Source: Nitrosopumilaceae archaeon
Lineage (GTDB): Archaea; Thermoproteota; Nitrososphaeria; Nitrososphaerales; Nitrosopumilaceae
Direction: 5' to 3'
Assembly (NCBI GenBank): GCA_965214835.1
Contig: CBDCCK010000002.1
Coordinates: forward strand, 2,752,001 to 2,816,000
DNA: 64,000 nucleotides
A model generated the notes under the pieces. The model was not told the DNA's origin. It did no database searches and was given only the letters and a program-made list of their open reading frames with translations. A program made the translations under genes and the position numbers. The number at the start of each line of letters is the position of its first letter. Within the stretch, counting starts at the first letter, position 1. Below are positions 54,277-64,000 of this stretch, piece after piece.

Positions 54277-56818
54277 ATGAACGCAAGGGAAAAGAAGGCC
54301 AGACAGATCATGTCGGTGCCAAACCACGCATTCGAAACAATAGGAGAAAATACATTCAAGGTAAGGTCACAATCCGACCCATCCAAGTTCTACATAATCA
54401 CAAGAACCGGCAACGGGCTTGTCTGCGAGTGTCCAGACCACCGGATCAGAAAGGCGGACTGCAAGCACATCAAGGTCATACTGGAGTATGTCAGAAGAAA
54501 CGTGTTCGGACACGAGGGATTCAGGATAATGGAGAGGTCGAAGATCAGGCTGTGCAAGTTCTTCGATTCTGGCAACGTCATCAAGAAGGGAACGAGAAAA
54601 AACAAGAATGGCGATGTGCAGATTTTCAAGTGTACCGACTGCAACAGACGATTTACAGCAAACTTTGGCTTTGAGAAAAAACAGTTTGATGACAGAACCG
54701 TAACTGCTGCCTTGTAGATGTACTATACGGGAATGTCAGTACGGGATATCGCAGACCATTACGAGATGATGGGAATTGATGTGTGCCATAAGACCGTCTA
54801 CAACTGGATTGACGAGTACTCCAAACTCACCACACGGTACATAAACGGAATCGTCCCAAGGGTCGGCAGTTGGTTCAGGGCCGACGAGGTATGGGTAAAA
54901 ATCGCAGGAAAGCAGTGCTGTATTTTTGCATCAATGGATGATGACACACGATACTGGCTGGCCTCCGACCTTGCAGACAACAAGTTCCAGCACAATGCGG
55001 ACAGCCTACTACAGCTAACCAAGCTACAAGCTGGCAAGTCACCTAGGAACTTTATCACTGATGGCCTGCCTGCCTACATGAAATCATCCAAGAAGGTGTT
55101 TGGAAATAAGACAAACCACGTAAGGCACATCCACCTGGCTGGAAAAAGAGACCGTGACAATAACAACAAGATGGAGAGGCTCAACGGCGAGATCAGAGAC
55201 CGTGAGAAGGTGTTTCGGGGCCTCAAGAAGATGGATACTTCAGTACTTCCTAGATGTACTTTTGCAGACCCGACACGGCACCTCCGCTACTTTCCGCGAT
55301 CGTTTACAAACGAGTCGGCCGCATCGACAATGCACGCGACAAACAGCATCATGGTAAACCCCTTCCCTCCTGCAAATCCGTCCCACTTGGATTCCACGTC
55401 TATGAACACGGCAGTCCTCCACAGGTTGTACAGTATGACAGACATATAGAACAGCAGCAGCCTGACGACCGGGGAATTGCTGCACGTCTTGCCCATTATC
55501 CCCTTGATCACCCTGAACCCGGTCTCGATTCCCCACCGACTGCGGTACTCCTCCGGTATCTGCTCAATGACTGCCTCTGCACTTTTAGCAGACATGTTGG
55601 TGGCAAAGACCAGATACCTGTCGGCTATGGTCTCTTCTGCCTTGTCCTTCTTTGCTGCTGCCGTGCCGTCCTTTTCTACCTCGTCCTTTTCCACAATGAC
55701 TAGCCTGAATGTGGCGCTCTTGCCGTCCTTGTTGGTCATTGTATATTTTGATACCGCACCGCGTTCTCCGCGGTCATGCTCCTCTATTGCCGCCACTATC
55801 CTCCTGTTCTTGACGGCAGGCATGATGTAGCTGCCCGTGCTTGTTTCTGCAGCCCTCATGCAGTCCACGTTAAAGAACCCGCGGTCATACAGGAACGTCT
55901 TGATCCTCATCCCTGATCTGGACGCCTTGCGGATCATTTTAGGCACGAAATCGGCCAGTTTTGCCTCTTTTGGAAGCTGCAGCGAGGAAAGCACGAGGTC
56001 AGACCCGTCATCTGATCCTATTCCGTGCATGGTAATGTGCGAGAGAAACGTCGACGTGCCGTTCTTGGGCTTTGACTTTCTGGCGATATCCTCCAGGCCC
56101 TTGCCATAGTATTCCACGTCGGTAACGTCCACTGCCACGACGTCCGTGTTGTGCAGCATGCCTGACCTGCGGGCGCACCTTACCGTATGCTGCAGCATGG
56201 AGCTGCACCACTTTTGCGCATCATCCAGGCTGACGCCCCGGATCGCCTTTAGGATCCAGTCCGGACTAGGCGTACGGCAACTATACGCGCCGCCCTTGGA
56301 GGCAGCCCCGTCGTCATGCTGCTGCCTGCTGCATTTTGAGGCCCGCCTGCGAAGGTGCGTCACGGCAGATTCTGCAAACATCCTCCTCTCAGACATGAAA
56401 TATAGAACGCGCAGTGCGTCGATGTGGTCATACACTGCGTTGCGACTCTTTGAGACGGCCAGCCCGAGCTTGGGAAACCGCCGTCGCAATGTTTTAAACT
56501 GTCTCGATGTTATGTCAAACTGGTGTGCAAACACGTCGTTTTGTGTTGGTATCATGATGATGGTTGGCACACCGCCTGATCTATAGTATGATGGTCAAAA
56601 AATCTCGGCAAATTGCGTAATTATCGTGCCTGCAAAAGTACATCGAGGAACTACTGACTTCCATACTTGACGGAATGAGGGTATACTATAATTTCACGAA
56701 AAAACACGGTGCACTGGACGGTCAGACCCCCGCAGAGTCGGCCCTGATAAGCGTGGACGGTACGAACAAGTGGAAAACCATAATCCAGAACGCCTCACTA
56801 AGTAAAAATTCAGCCTAG
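54277..56818 (+). pseudogene. IS6-like DDE transposase with N-terminal SWIM and Zn ribbon; internal TAG and ISH3-like insertion
   Basis: CECPD..CKH, FRADE, MDDDTRYW, ITDGL, NNKMERLNG; TAG at 54715-54717; frame resumes at 56657. Confidence 0.88.
55241..56656 (-). mobile_element. ISH3/IS4-like element, second copy (transposase 55287-56570)
   Basis: Same length (1416 bp) and same protein as 48831-50246; TSD ACTT. Confidence 0.92.
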
Positions 56819-56888
56819 TCGTAAAAATCGAATCTGAAGAAGATCCATATTTCAGGTCTCGAAGATTACACAGAACCTTATTTTAGGG

Positions 56889-57343
56889 TCACGTGAATTC
56901 CCCGGTAGATGATTTCAATGTGCATCCCTGTCTTGTAGGTCGTGAACCCGCCTCCCGCACCAACGGAGTGAATCCTTTCTGCCCGGCTCAGATCCATTTT
57001 CAGCCACTCTGCTATCCGCCTCGGAATAAAGCAGGAGTATGTGGTCACGTCCCTTGCTAGCTAGGCACGAAAATCACAATCATGCATCTAATTCGTGCCT
57101 GACTGATGGGGGTAGTTGACCTCGTACAAGCAGGAATCTGCCCGAGTCAACCAGCCCACGTACACTCAATTCTGGATTGGTCTTGGCGTCTGCGCCTTCT
57201 GATCCCTTTCGTATGACTACTGCCACTCTTGGACGTCTTGTCAGGGTTTCCTTTCCGTCCACGCCTACAGCCCGATCGACTCGGTAGTCGAACTTCATCA
57301 CGTCTGTAGGACTGTCCCTGTCGGCCATGTCAGCAGCTCGCAT
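56889..57343 (-). pseudogene. Retropepsin-like aspartyl protease interrupted by a MITE
   Basis: RRPRVAV..GLVDSG motif; MITE inserted right after the active site. Confidence 0.65.
57037..57127. mobile_element. MITE family A (91 bp)
   Basis: GTATGTGGTCAC...GACCTCGTAC; 8-bp TSD AAGCAGGA. Confidence 0.9.
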
Positions 57344-57344
57344 G

Positions 57345-57569
57345 TCAGAGGATGTACGTTGTGGCCTCTAGGTTTGCCGGAATATGCTCTACAAAAGGCG
57401 TCTTTCCATTTGTCTTCTCTGCTGCCTCCTGGCATACCTTATAGACGTCCTTGCCAGATGCGACGATCTCCCTGCCGACAATCGCAATCCACTTTCCCTT
57501 GTACGGCTCGATATCCTTCAGGCTCAGAGACTCTAAAAACTCATCTTCCACGCTTGACATTGCCTTCAA
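57345..57569 (-). CDS. DUF5678-like small protein
   Basis: YKGKWIAIVGREIVASGKD; lies upstream of the aspartyl protease. Confidence 0.75.
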   Translation of the reverse strand: MKAMSSVEDEFLESLSLKDIEPYKGKWIAIVGREIVASGKDVYKVCQEAAEKTNGKTPFVEHIPANLEATTYIL

Positions 57570-57578
57570 CCCTCACTG

Positions 57579-58663
57579 AGAAGCAATCCGTAATTAAATT
57601 ACGAGTGGCAGGTTGCAGTTGTTTTCTGCCGTGTTTTTCAGGCCACAGCAGCTATCCGTTCCAGTATCCTCAGGTTGACCAGCCCGCACACGATACTGTT
57701 GGCCAGATCGTACTTTCTGAGCCTGTTTCTGTACTTGTAGCTCATTATCTTGAATGTCTTGACCCTGCGTATGCCATTCTCCACGTACACCCGTATCTTT
57801 GAGTGTGTTCTGTTGTACTCTTTTTCATCGTCGGTCAGCTTGCCGCCAGGACTCTTCTTGATTGGAAGTATAACCTTCGTCCCTGCATCGATGTGCTGCG
57901 CACCCTGGTATCCGCGATCCATATAGTGCCGCAGCTCCTCGCCGTCCTCCTCACCGCTCCAGAACGTGGGATGCTTCATCTGGTATATCTTGATGTCGTT
58001 TACGCGCCCCGGCGAGTGCGGGGTCTTGTGCACTATGGCACCGTGTATGTTGACCGTATACTGGACCTTGGCCGTGTGCGTGCCTGCCTTGCCCGAATAG
58101 TGCGACTTTTCCATGTCCTTTCTCTTGGGCCTGTTTGTGGGCTGCTCGGAGGCGTCAGTCAGGCACACCATCCCCGGGAAGATCTCGGCCAGCTCCTCGA
58201 CTGAGGAGATCCTCTTGGAGTCCTTGTAGATCTTCTCGGGGATCGGCAGGCATTGTTTTAGCAGGGGCTCAGTCAGGCTTATGGAGCGCGAGACCGACGC
58301 CTGTCCTATACCGAACATGGCGCCAGCCACGTCCTGGGAGACGTACGTCCTGTAGTAGAACAAGACCAGCAGTACGCGGTTCCTCAGATCCAGGGCAAAG
58401 GGCCTGCCTGCGCCTATATCCCGCACACGGTCGGGCCTTGAGAGCCTCTTCTTCTCGGTATCTGGAAATTTCTTTTGCACCTCGGTACACAGCTGGTCAA
58501 ACTCTGCCTCGGTCATTCCTGCAAACATCCGGAACGTCCGTGGGTTTTTTGTCAGTCTATCGATCAAACACATGATTTGTACATGGTTTTACAGGTATTT
58601 TGATCCGTCAGGCATAGATTAGTGCCCAAGTGGGTCAAAATCTGCTAATTAAGAATCGCTTCT
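57579..58663 (-). mobile_element. IS5-family element IS-B copy 2 (transposase 57638-58573)
   Basis: 1085 bp, near-identical to 39185-40269; CTG on both flanks. Confidence 0.92.
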
Positions 58664-58712
58664 CTGGATATAATGCGCAAATCTTACTATTAAAGACAGA
58701 TGAGAACCGATC

Positions 58713-58803
58713 GTAAGAGTTTGCCGCCTAGGCGACACTGCTGGCCGAAGCCTTCATGATCACGTCTGCTGTGCCGTATCTCGAGGGAGGGGTAAACTCT
58801 TAC
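58713..58803. mobile_element. MITE family C copy
   Basis: GTAAGAGTTTGCC...GGTAAACTCTTAC. Confidence 0.75.
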
Positions 58804-59166
58804 TACCTGTGGTATGTCAGGGACAGGGACTCGCACACGTTCAACCTGGACGCCGTAAGGGATCAAAACGTGGCGTATCCGGGGCAGAAAAAGAACGGCA
58901 GGCCAAGGTGCAACCCGCTTGGAAAGAATCCGACAAACGTGTGGGAGATTCCGAAGGTCACCTCCGGCAGGAACAGGTCGTCCAGGGAGCGTGCAGACCA
59001 CATCACAAATGCATTCATATTGTTTCTTGGTATCCGGGGCAGGAACAGGTCGTCCAGGGAGCGTGCAGACCACCCTGCGCAGTTTCCACTTGCCGTCCTG
59101 GACCGCATAATAAGGGCCTCAAGTGACTGCGGCGACCTTGTCTTTGATCCGTTCATCGGCTCTGGC
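58804..59166 (+). pseudogene. N4/N6 DNA methyltransferase fragment with internal 36-bp duplication
   Basis: GKNPTNVW, HPAQFP, LVFDPFIGSG. Confidence 0.85.
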
Positions 59167-59408
59167 AGGGCAGTGTCAACGGAGCGGCCCGACTTGATTG
59201 CCGGTGCCGCAAAGGCCGTAAGGGGTGCGGGGGGAAAGACAAGGCTGCTATGCGGGACCGGGATGTCTCAGGGGAGGATGTTGCCAAGGCAGTAGAGCTG
59301 GGATCGGCAGGAGTACTCGTGGCAAGCGGCATCGTCAGGGCCAAAAACTGGGACAGGGCAATATCAGAGTTTGCAAGGTCGATGCGACCTGGCACTCCAG
59401 GGAAGTAA
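59155..59408 (+). pseudogene. tpiA: Triosephosphate isomerase C-terminal remnant
   Basis: IGSGRAVSTERPDLI..LLCGTG, then frameshift, then SGEDVAKAVELGSAGVLVASGIVRAKNW. Confidence 0.85.
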
Positions 59409-59673
59409 AATCCCCCACGCCCTCGTTTCTTGATCAGGGTCAGGGGCCCAAGGGGTCTGGCCGGGAGGCGCATCCAAGGCTTTGATTGCAATTGGATCTT
59501 TTCTGAAAAAACAATCCCGTCCTCAAGCAGGCTGCTTGATCCCGAAAAAGCCCATGTAGCAGAGTTTCCGGGACTGACGGCAAGATCTGCCAGGAAAAGA
59601 TCAGGCCGCCGAAACGAATCGTTTTTTCATGATATTCATTTAATACACCCATTTCCGGTTCAGGTTTCTAGTA

Positions 59674-62331
59674 ATGAAGTCGGTATACGCATTTGAGGAG
59701 GCAGACAGCAAGAACAGAATGCTTCTAGGCGGAAAAGGCGCCGGACTAAGCGAGATGACCCGGCTAAAGCTGCCGGTGCCACCGGGGTTTACCATCACGA
59801 CTGAGGTCTGCGCCAAGTATTACGCAAACGGTCAAAGACTGCCAAAGGACGTGATGCCCTCAGTGATGAAAAACATTGAAAAAATAGAGAAAAAGACAGG
59901 CAAGAAGTGGAACTCCGCCAAGAATCCACTGCTGGTCTCGGTGCGATCCGGTGCGGCAATATCGATGCCGGGCATGATGGATACGATTTTGAATTTGGGG
60001 CTAAACGAGGGAACCGTCAATGGACTGGCCGAGCAGACGCAAAATCCGCGTTTTGCCTGGGATTCATACAGGCGGTTTGTCCAGCTGTTTGGAAAGGTGG
60101 TGTTTGGTGTAAATGATGAAAGGTTCGAAGACGTGCTGGACTCGGCAAAATCCAGGCAGGGCACAAGGGACGACGGCCAGCTAAGCGTCGAATCGCTAAA
60201 GAAGGTCGTTGCGCAGTACAAAAGGATCTGTGAAAAACACGCCAAAAGGAGATTCCCAGACTCGCCTGACGAGCAGCTGAGCCTGTCAATCGAGGCGGTA
60301 TTCAAAAGCTGGATGGGCGAGAGGGCAGTCGTTTACCGTGAGAAAAACGGCATAACCAGGGACGTTGCAAGCGGAACCGCGGTAAACGTCGTGGCAATGG
60401 TATTTGGCAACATGGGCGACGACAGTGCCACAGGAGTCGTATTTACAAGAAACGGCCACAACGGCAGAAAGGAGCTGGAGGGCGAATACCTGATCAACGC
60501 GCAGGGAGAAGACGTTGTTGCAGGAGCAAGAACGGGGAAAAACGTATCCCTACTCAGAAAGGAGATGCCAGAGTCATATGACGAGCTAAACAAGGCATGC
60601 GCAAAGCTGGAAAGGCACTTTAGGGAGCCGCAGGACATCGAGTTTACCATAGAGCAGGGAAGGTTCTACCTGCTGCAGACAAGGGCCGCAAAAATGAGCG
60701 CCATGGCGCTGGTAAAGACGTCAGTTGACATGGTAAGGGAGAAGCTGATTGACAAGAACAGGGCACTCATGAGGATACCTGCACAGCAGCTAGAGGCACT
60801 GCTGCACAGGACGGTGGACGAGTCAGGGGTCAAGGACTTCAAGAAGCTGTGTGTGGGAATCGCCGCCTCGCCGGGGGCCGCAAGCGGGACTGCGGTATTT
60901 GACGTAAAAAAGGCAATAGAGCTCGGAGAGGCAGGAAGGAGGGTCATCCTGATCAGGCGGGAGACAAAGCCAGAGGACGTTCCGGCGTTCTTCTCATCAG
61001 AAGGCGTCCTGACCAGCCTGGGCGGCAAGTCATCACATGCTGCAATCGTCTCAAGGGGCATGGGAAAGCCGTGCATAGTGGGATGTGCGGATCTGAAAAT
61101 AGACTATGACGGCAGCAGGTGCACGGCAGGCGGGGTCACCGTAAGGGAGGGCCAGACGGTATCCATCGACGGCAGTACGGGCGCAGTATACATAGGCAAA
61201 GTCCCCACGGTGGAGCCAAGGGTCACAAGGGACTTTGAGCAGATCCTAGACTGGGCGCAAGGGGCAAAGGTTCTGGGGGTCAGGGCCAATGCAGACACGC
61301 CGGAGGCCGCAAGGCTTGCACGGAGGTTCGGTGCAAGGGGTATAGGACTGTGCAGGACCGAGAGAATGTTCAACGCAGGCGACAGGATCGGACTGTTCGT
61401 CGACATGATCATGGCAGACGGCACCGACGAGCGCGCCAGGATCCTCAAAAAGCTGGGACGGCTGCAAAAAAGCGACTTTGTCCAGATCCTGAGGGCAATG
61501 GAGGGCCACGAGGTGACCATCAGGCTGCTTGATCCCCCGCTGCACGAGTTCCTGCCAAACCCGGAGGAGCTGGCAGAGAAAATCCGCAAGCTAAAGGCAA
61601 AAAAGGCGGCAGGGGAGCTCAAAAAGGCAGAGGTCGTCCTGAGACGGGCAAGGGAGCTGGCAGAGGTAAACCCGATGATGGGGCACAGGGGGGTCAGGGT
61701 CGGAATCACGTATCCGGAGATCTACGAGATGCAGATTCGCGCAGTATTTGAGGCGCTTGTGGCACTGACAAAGAGGGGGACAAGAGCGCACCCCCAGATC
61801 ATGATTCCCCAGATCAGCAGCGTCGCAGAACTGGATCACATCAAGAAGATTTATGACAAAATAAAGAGCGAGGTCGAGGCCAAAAACAGGATGAGGCTGA
61901 CGGTAAGCTTTGGGACGATGATCGAGGTCGTGAGGGCCGCACTGACTGCAGGCGAGCTTGCAGGAACGGCGGAGTTCTTCAGCTTTGGCACCAATGATCT
62001 GACGCAGGGAACGTTCAGCTTCAGCAGGGAGGACGTGGAGGGAAAGTTCCTTCCCGAATACATGGAAAAGGAGCTACTAGAGAAAAGCCCGTTCCAGTCA
62101 ATTGACGTAGGCGGGGTCGGCAGCCTAATGAGGATGGGAATCGCCCACGGACGAAAGGCCAGAAAGGGCATGGAGGTCGGAATATGCGGGGAGCACGGTG
62201 GGGATCCAAGCTCGATTGAGTTCTGCCATGATGCGGGCCTAAGCTACGTCAGCGCCTCGCCGCACAGGATACCCATTGCAATCGTCGCCGCAGCACAGGC
62301 GGCGATCAAGAAGCCGGCGGGACGAAAATAG
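59674..62331 (+). CDS. ppdK: Pyruvate, phosphate dikinase
   Basis: LLGGKGA, SVRSGA..SMPGMMDT, SHAAIV, GIGLCRTE, FSFGTNDL, GICGEHGG. Confidence 0.97.
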   Translation: MKSVYAFEEADSKNRMLLGGKGAGLSEMTRLKLPVPPGFTITTEVCAKYYANGQRLPKDVMPSVMKNIEKIEKKTGKKWNSAKNPLLVSVRSGAAISMPGMMDTILNLGLNEGTVNGLAEQTQNPRFAWDSYRRFVQLFGKVVFGVNDERFEDVLDSAKSRQGTRDDGQLSVESLKKVVAQYKRICEKHAKRRFPDSPDEQLSLSIEAVFKSWMGERAVVYREKNGITRDVASGTAVNVVAMVFGNMGDDSATGVVFTRNGHNGRKELEGEYLINAQGEDVVAGARTGKNVSLLRKEMPESYDELNKACAKLERHFREPQDIEFTIEQGRFYLLQTRAAKMSAMALVKTSVDMVREKLIDKNRALMRIPAQQLEALLHRTVDESGVKDFKKLCVGIAASPGAASGTAVFDVKKAIELGEAGRRVILIRRETKPEDVPAFFSSEGVLTSLGGKSSHAAIVSRGMGKPCIVGCADLKIDYDGSRCTAGGVTVREGQTVSIDGSTGAVYIGKVPTVEPRVTRDFEQILDWAQGAKVLGVRANADTPEAARLARRFGARGIGLCRTERMFNAGDRIGLFVDMIMADGTDERARILKKLGRLQKSDFVQILRAMEGHEVTIRLLDPPLHEFLPNPEELAEKIRKLKAKKAAGELKKAEVVLRRARELAEVNPMMGHRGVRVGITYPEIYEMQIRAVFEALVALTKRGTRAHPQIMIPQISSVAELDHIKKIYDKIKSEVEAKNRMRLTVSFGTMIEVVRAALTAGELAGTAEFFSFGTNDLTQGTFSFSREDVEGKFLPEYMEKELLEKSPFQSIDVGGVGSLMRMGIAHGRKARKGMEVGICGEHGGDPSSIEFCHDAGLSYVSASPHRIPIAIVAAAQAAIKKPAGRK

Positions 62332-62359
62332 TTTAAACCAGCACCCTGCAAGTACCATC

Positions 62360-62911
62360 ATGCTTCCAAGGATCGACTCGATCAAGCAGATGAGGCTCAA
62401 GGCAGGAATCACGCAGAAAAGGCTGGCAGGCATGGCAGGGGTCAGCACCTCGATGATAAACCAGATAGAGTCAGGCAGGAGCAGGCCGAGCTATGAGACG
62501 GCAAAAAGGATCTTCGACAGCCTGGCCACGCTCGAGGGCGAGTCGTCATCACATACGGCGGGGGACTTTTGCAGCAGGGATATTGCAAAGCTCAGGCCGG
62601 GCAACACCCTGTATGATGCAATCAAAAAGATGCACGAGCTCTCAATCAGCCAGATTCCGATATTTGACGGGGCCGAGCCGGTAGGCCTGGTCTCAGAGGA
62701 CGGCATCGTAAGGCACCTCTCAGACGGCGGGACGGAGCTGAAAAAGGCCAAGATCTCAGACGCCATGGACTCGATCCCGCCGATAGTGGACTTTGAGACC
62801 CCTGCAAACGTACTGGTTCCCCTGATCAGGTACTCAAAGTGCATCCTTGTCTCAAGGCAGACGAGGGTCATCGGGATAATCACGGCATCAGACACCCTGA
62901 GGATGGTATAA
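62360..62911 (+). CDS. XRE-HTH + CBS domain regulator
   Basis: ITQKRLA..MINQIESG; ISQIPI; GIITASD. Confidence 0.92.
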   Translation: MLPRIDSIKQMRLKAGITQKRLAGMAGVSTSMINQIESGRSRPSYETAKRIFDSLATLEGESSSHTAGDFCSRDIAKLRPGNTLYDAIKKMHELSISQIPIFDGAEPVGLVSEDGIVRHLSDGGTELKKAKISDAMDSIPPIVDFETPANVLVPLIRYSKCILVSRQTRVIGIITASDTLRMV

Positions 62912-62925
62912 CGGCAGACCCAAGG

Positions 62926-63037
62926 GTCTGCGCGGCTCCAGCCGGCAGGACTGCTGTCCAAGCCTCAGGGCAGCCGAGCAGAGACTCAAGACACTTAATG
63001 TCTGCGCGGCTCCAGCCGGCAGGACTGCTGTCCAAGC
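62926..63037 (+). repeat. 38-bp direct repeat
   Basis: GTCTGCGCGGCTCCAGCCGGCAGGACTGCTGTCCAAGC at 62926 and 63000. Confidence 0.8.
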
Positions 63038-63212
63038 ACGGAGGCCGCAGCTGCGCGTGGACTCATGCAATTAGTTAAAGGTCGGTGACCACATACTCTA
63101 CTAGATTTGGGTCTAAATTTAATAGCGTATTGTGGGCATGTTCGGTATGGACATATTGTATGCCACCCCCCCCCCCGGGGCGGCCCGGATGCGGCAGAGG
63201 TAGTCTGTGGCC

Positions 63213-64000
63213 ATGATATGTAGGCACACATCAGATCCTGCAGTGACGGTTTGCATGCTCATTGCGTTCGTCGCGGCAGCGGCGGGCCTGACAGCGGTAG
63301 GCGAGCCTGTGCCGGTGGCGCACGCCCTGCAAACGCAGTATCTCAACGTGACTGCCGCCGGGCATCTGGCCGACGCCGGGGAGCTGATCCTCGACGAGCC
63401 GCTCGACTTGGATCTGTACACGATCGGAGACAAAATCTACGTGGCAGTATCCACGCGCGGCGGCCCCTTTAATGGCCCAGGTCCCCACGGCCTCCAGCTG
63501 ATCAACATTACCGATCCCTATGATCCTGTCGGCCTAGGACAGCTTACAAACGAAGAGATCCCGGCACTGTACCAGCCAGGCAGCATACACGCCTTTCAGA
63601 TCGGAGGCGGCGCATATGCGGCGATGGGCAGCGCCAATGGGGGCATCCAGTTCATCAACGTCACCGATCCCACCGATCCGGAGGCCGCAGCGCATATGAG
63701 CAGCGCCGCCTTGAACTTAACCAGGAACGTCTACATGGACACGTTCACGTCTGGAGGCGAGACCCACATGGTGGCAGTAGCCGCAAACAACAAAGGCATC
63801 CGGGTGATCAACGTGACGGATCCGTACGACCCGCGGCACGTTGGAACCCTGCTGGACGACGAATCCCTTTTGCTTAACAGCGGCCGCAGCGCGGACATAT
63901 TTGAGACAGATGGCAGAGTCTACACACTGGTGGTCTCGCGCGCCGGCGGCATTCAGATAGTAGATGTCAGTGATCCCCGCAGTCCGGCTCCGGCAGGACA
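63213..64000 (+). CDS. LVIVD-repeat surface protein (runs off the window)
   Basis: Signal peptide, then repeats GLQLINITDP / GIQFINVTDP / GIRVINVTDP / GIQIVDVSDP. Confidence 0.85.
   Translation, partial: MICRHTSDPAVTVCMLIAFVAAAAGLTAVGEPVPVAHALQTQYLNVTAAGHLADAGELILDEPLDLDLYTIGDKIYVAVSTRGGPFNGPGPHGLQLINITDPYDPVGLGQLTNEEIPALYQPGSIHAFQIGGGAYAAMGSANGGIQFINVTDPTDPEAAAHMSSAALNLTRNVYMDTFTSGGETHMVAVAANNKGIRVINVTDPYDPRHVGTLLDDESLLLNSGRSADIFETDGRVYTLVVSRAGGIQIVDVSDPRSPAPAG

Noticed and set aside
54715-54717. In-frame TAG in the transposase as programmed readthrough by the adjacent tRNA
   Set aside because: The neighbouring tRNA has GAA, not CUA; a simple CAG->TAG nonsense change fits, and the gene is also IS-disrupted.
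58966-59073. 36-bp repeat pair as CRISPR
   Set aside because: It is an internal duplication of MTase coding sequence.
62926-63037. 38-bp direct repeat as CRISPR
   Set aside because: Two copies only, no leader or cas genes, not a CRISPR-type repeat.

Overview
Archaeal window, most consistent with a GC-rich, IS-riddled Nitrosopumilaceae (Thaumarchaeota) genome, possibly host-associated. The lineage call is inferred from archaeal PolB1, Hef helicase, parvulin, PPDK, class III pilins, a TFB-like gene and an LVIVD surface protein. Layout: 1-15 kb is a conjugative-element-like cluster (VirB4, VirB6, VirB2/VirB3-like, VirB11/FlaI-type ATPase, TadC, three pilins, divergent TFB) with two DUF3800 genes; 15-29 kb is IS/MITE-scarred accessory DNA with an ABC-ATPase + nuclease pair; 29-47 kb is mostly core genes; 47.4-59.2 kb is a nested-IS island that appears to have destroyed tpiA; 59.7-64 kb holds ppdK, a CBS-HTH regulator and a surface protein. 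The most notable signal is two complete, promoter-bearing tRNA genes in mobile DNA whose anticodons contradict their identity elements: an Ala-type body (G3:U70, A73, short variable loop) with Leu anticodon AAG at 4709-4779, and a Ser-type body (long variable arm, G73) with Phe anticodon GAA at 54142-54225. The first has a divergent ~45-nt candidate antisense RNA complementary to its D and anticodon arms; the second has operator-like repeats and a divergent AbrB-like gene. Together they suggest missense-tRNA toxin/antitoxin or programmed-mistranslation modules. All calls were read by eye, with no searches run.
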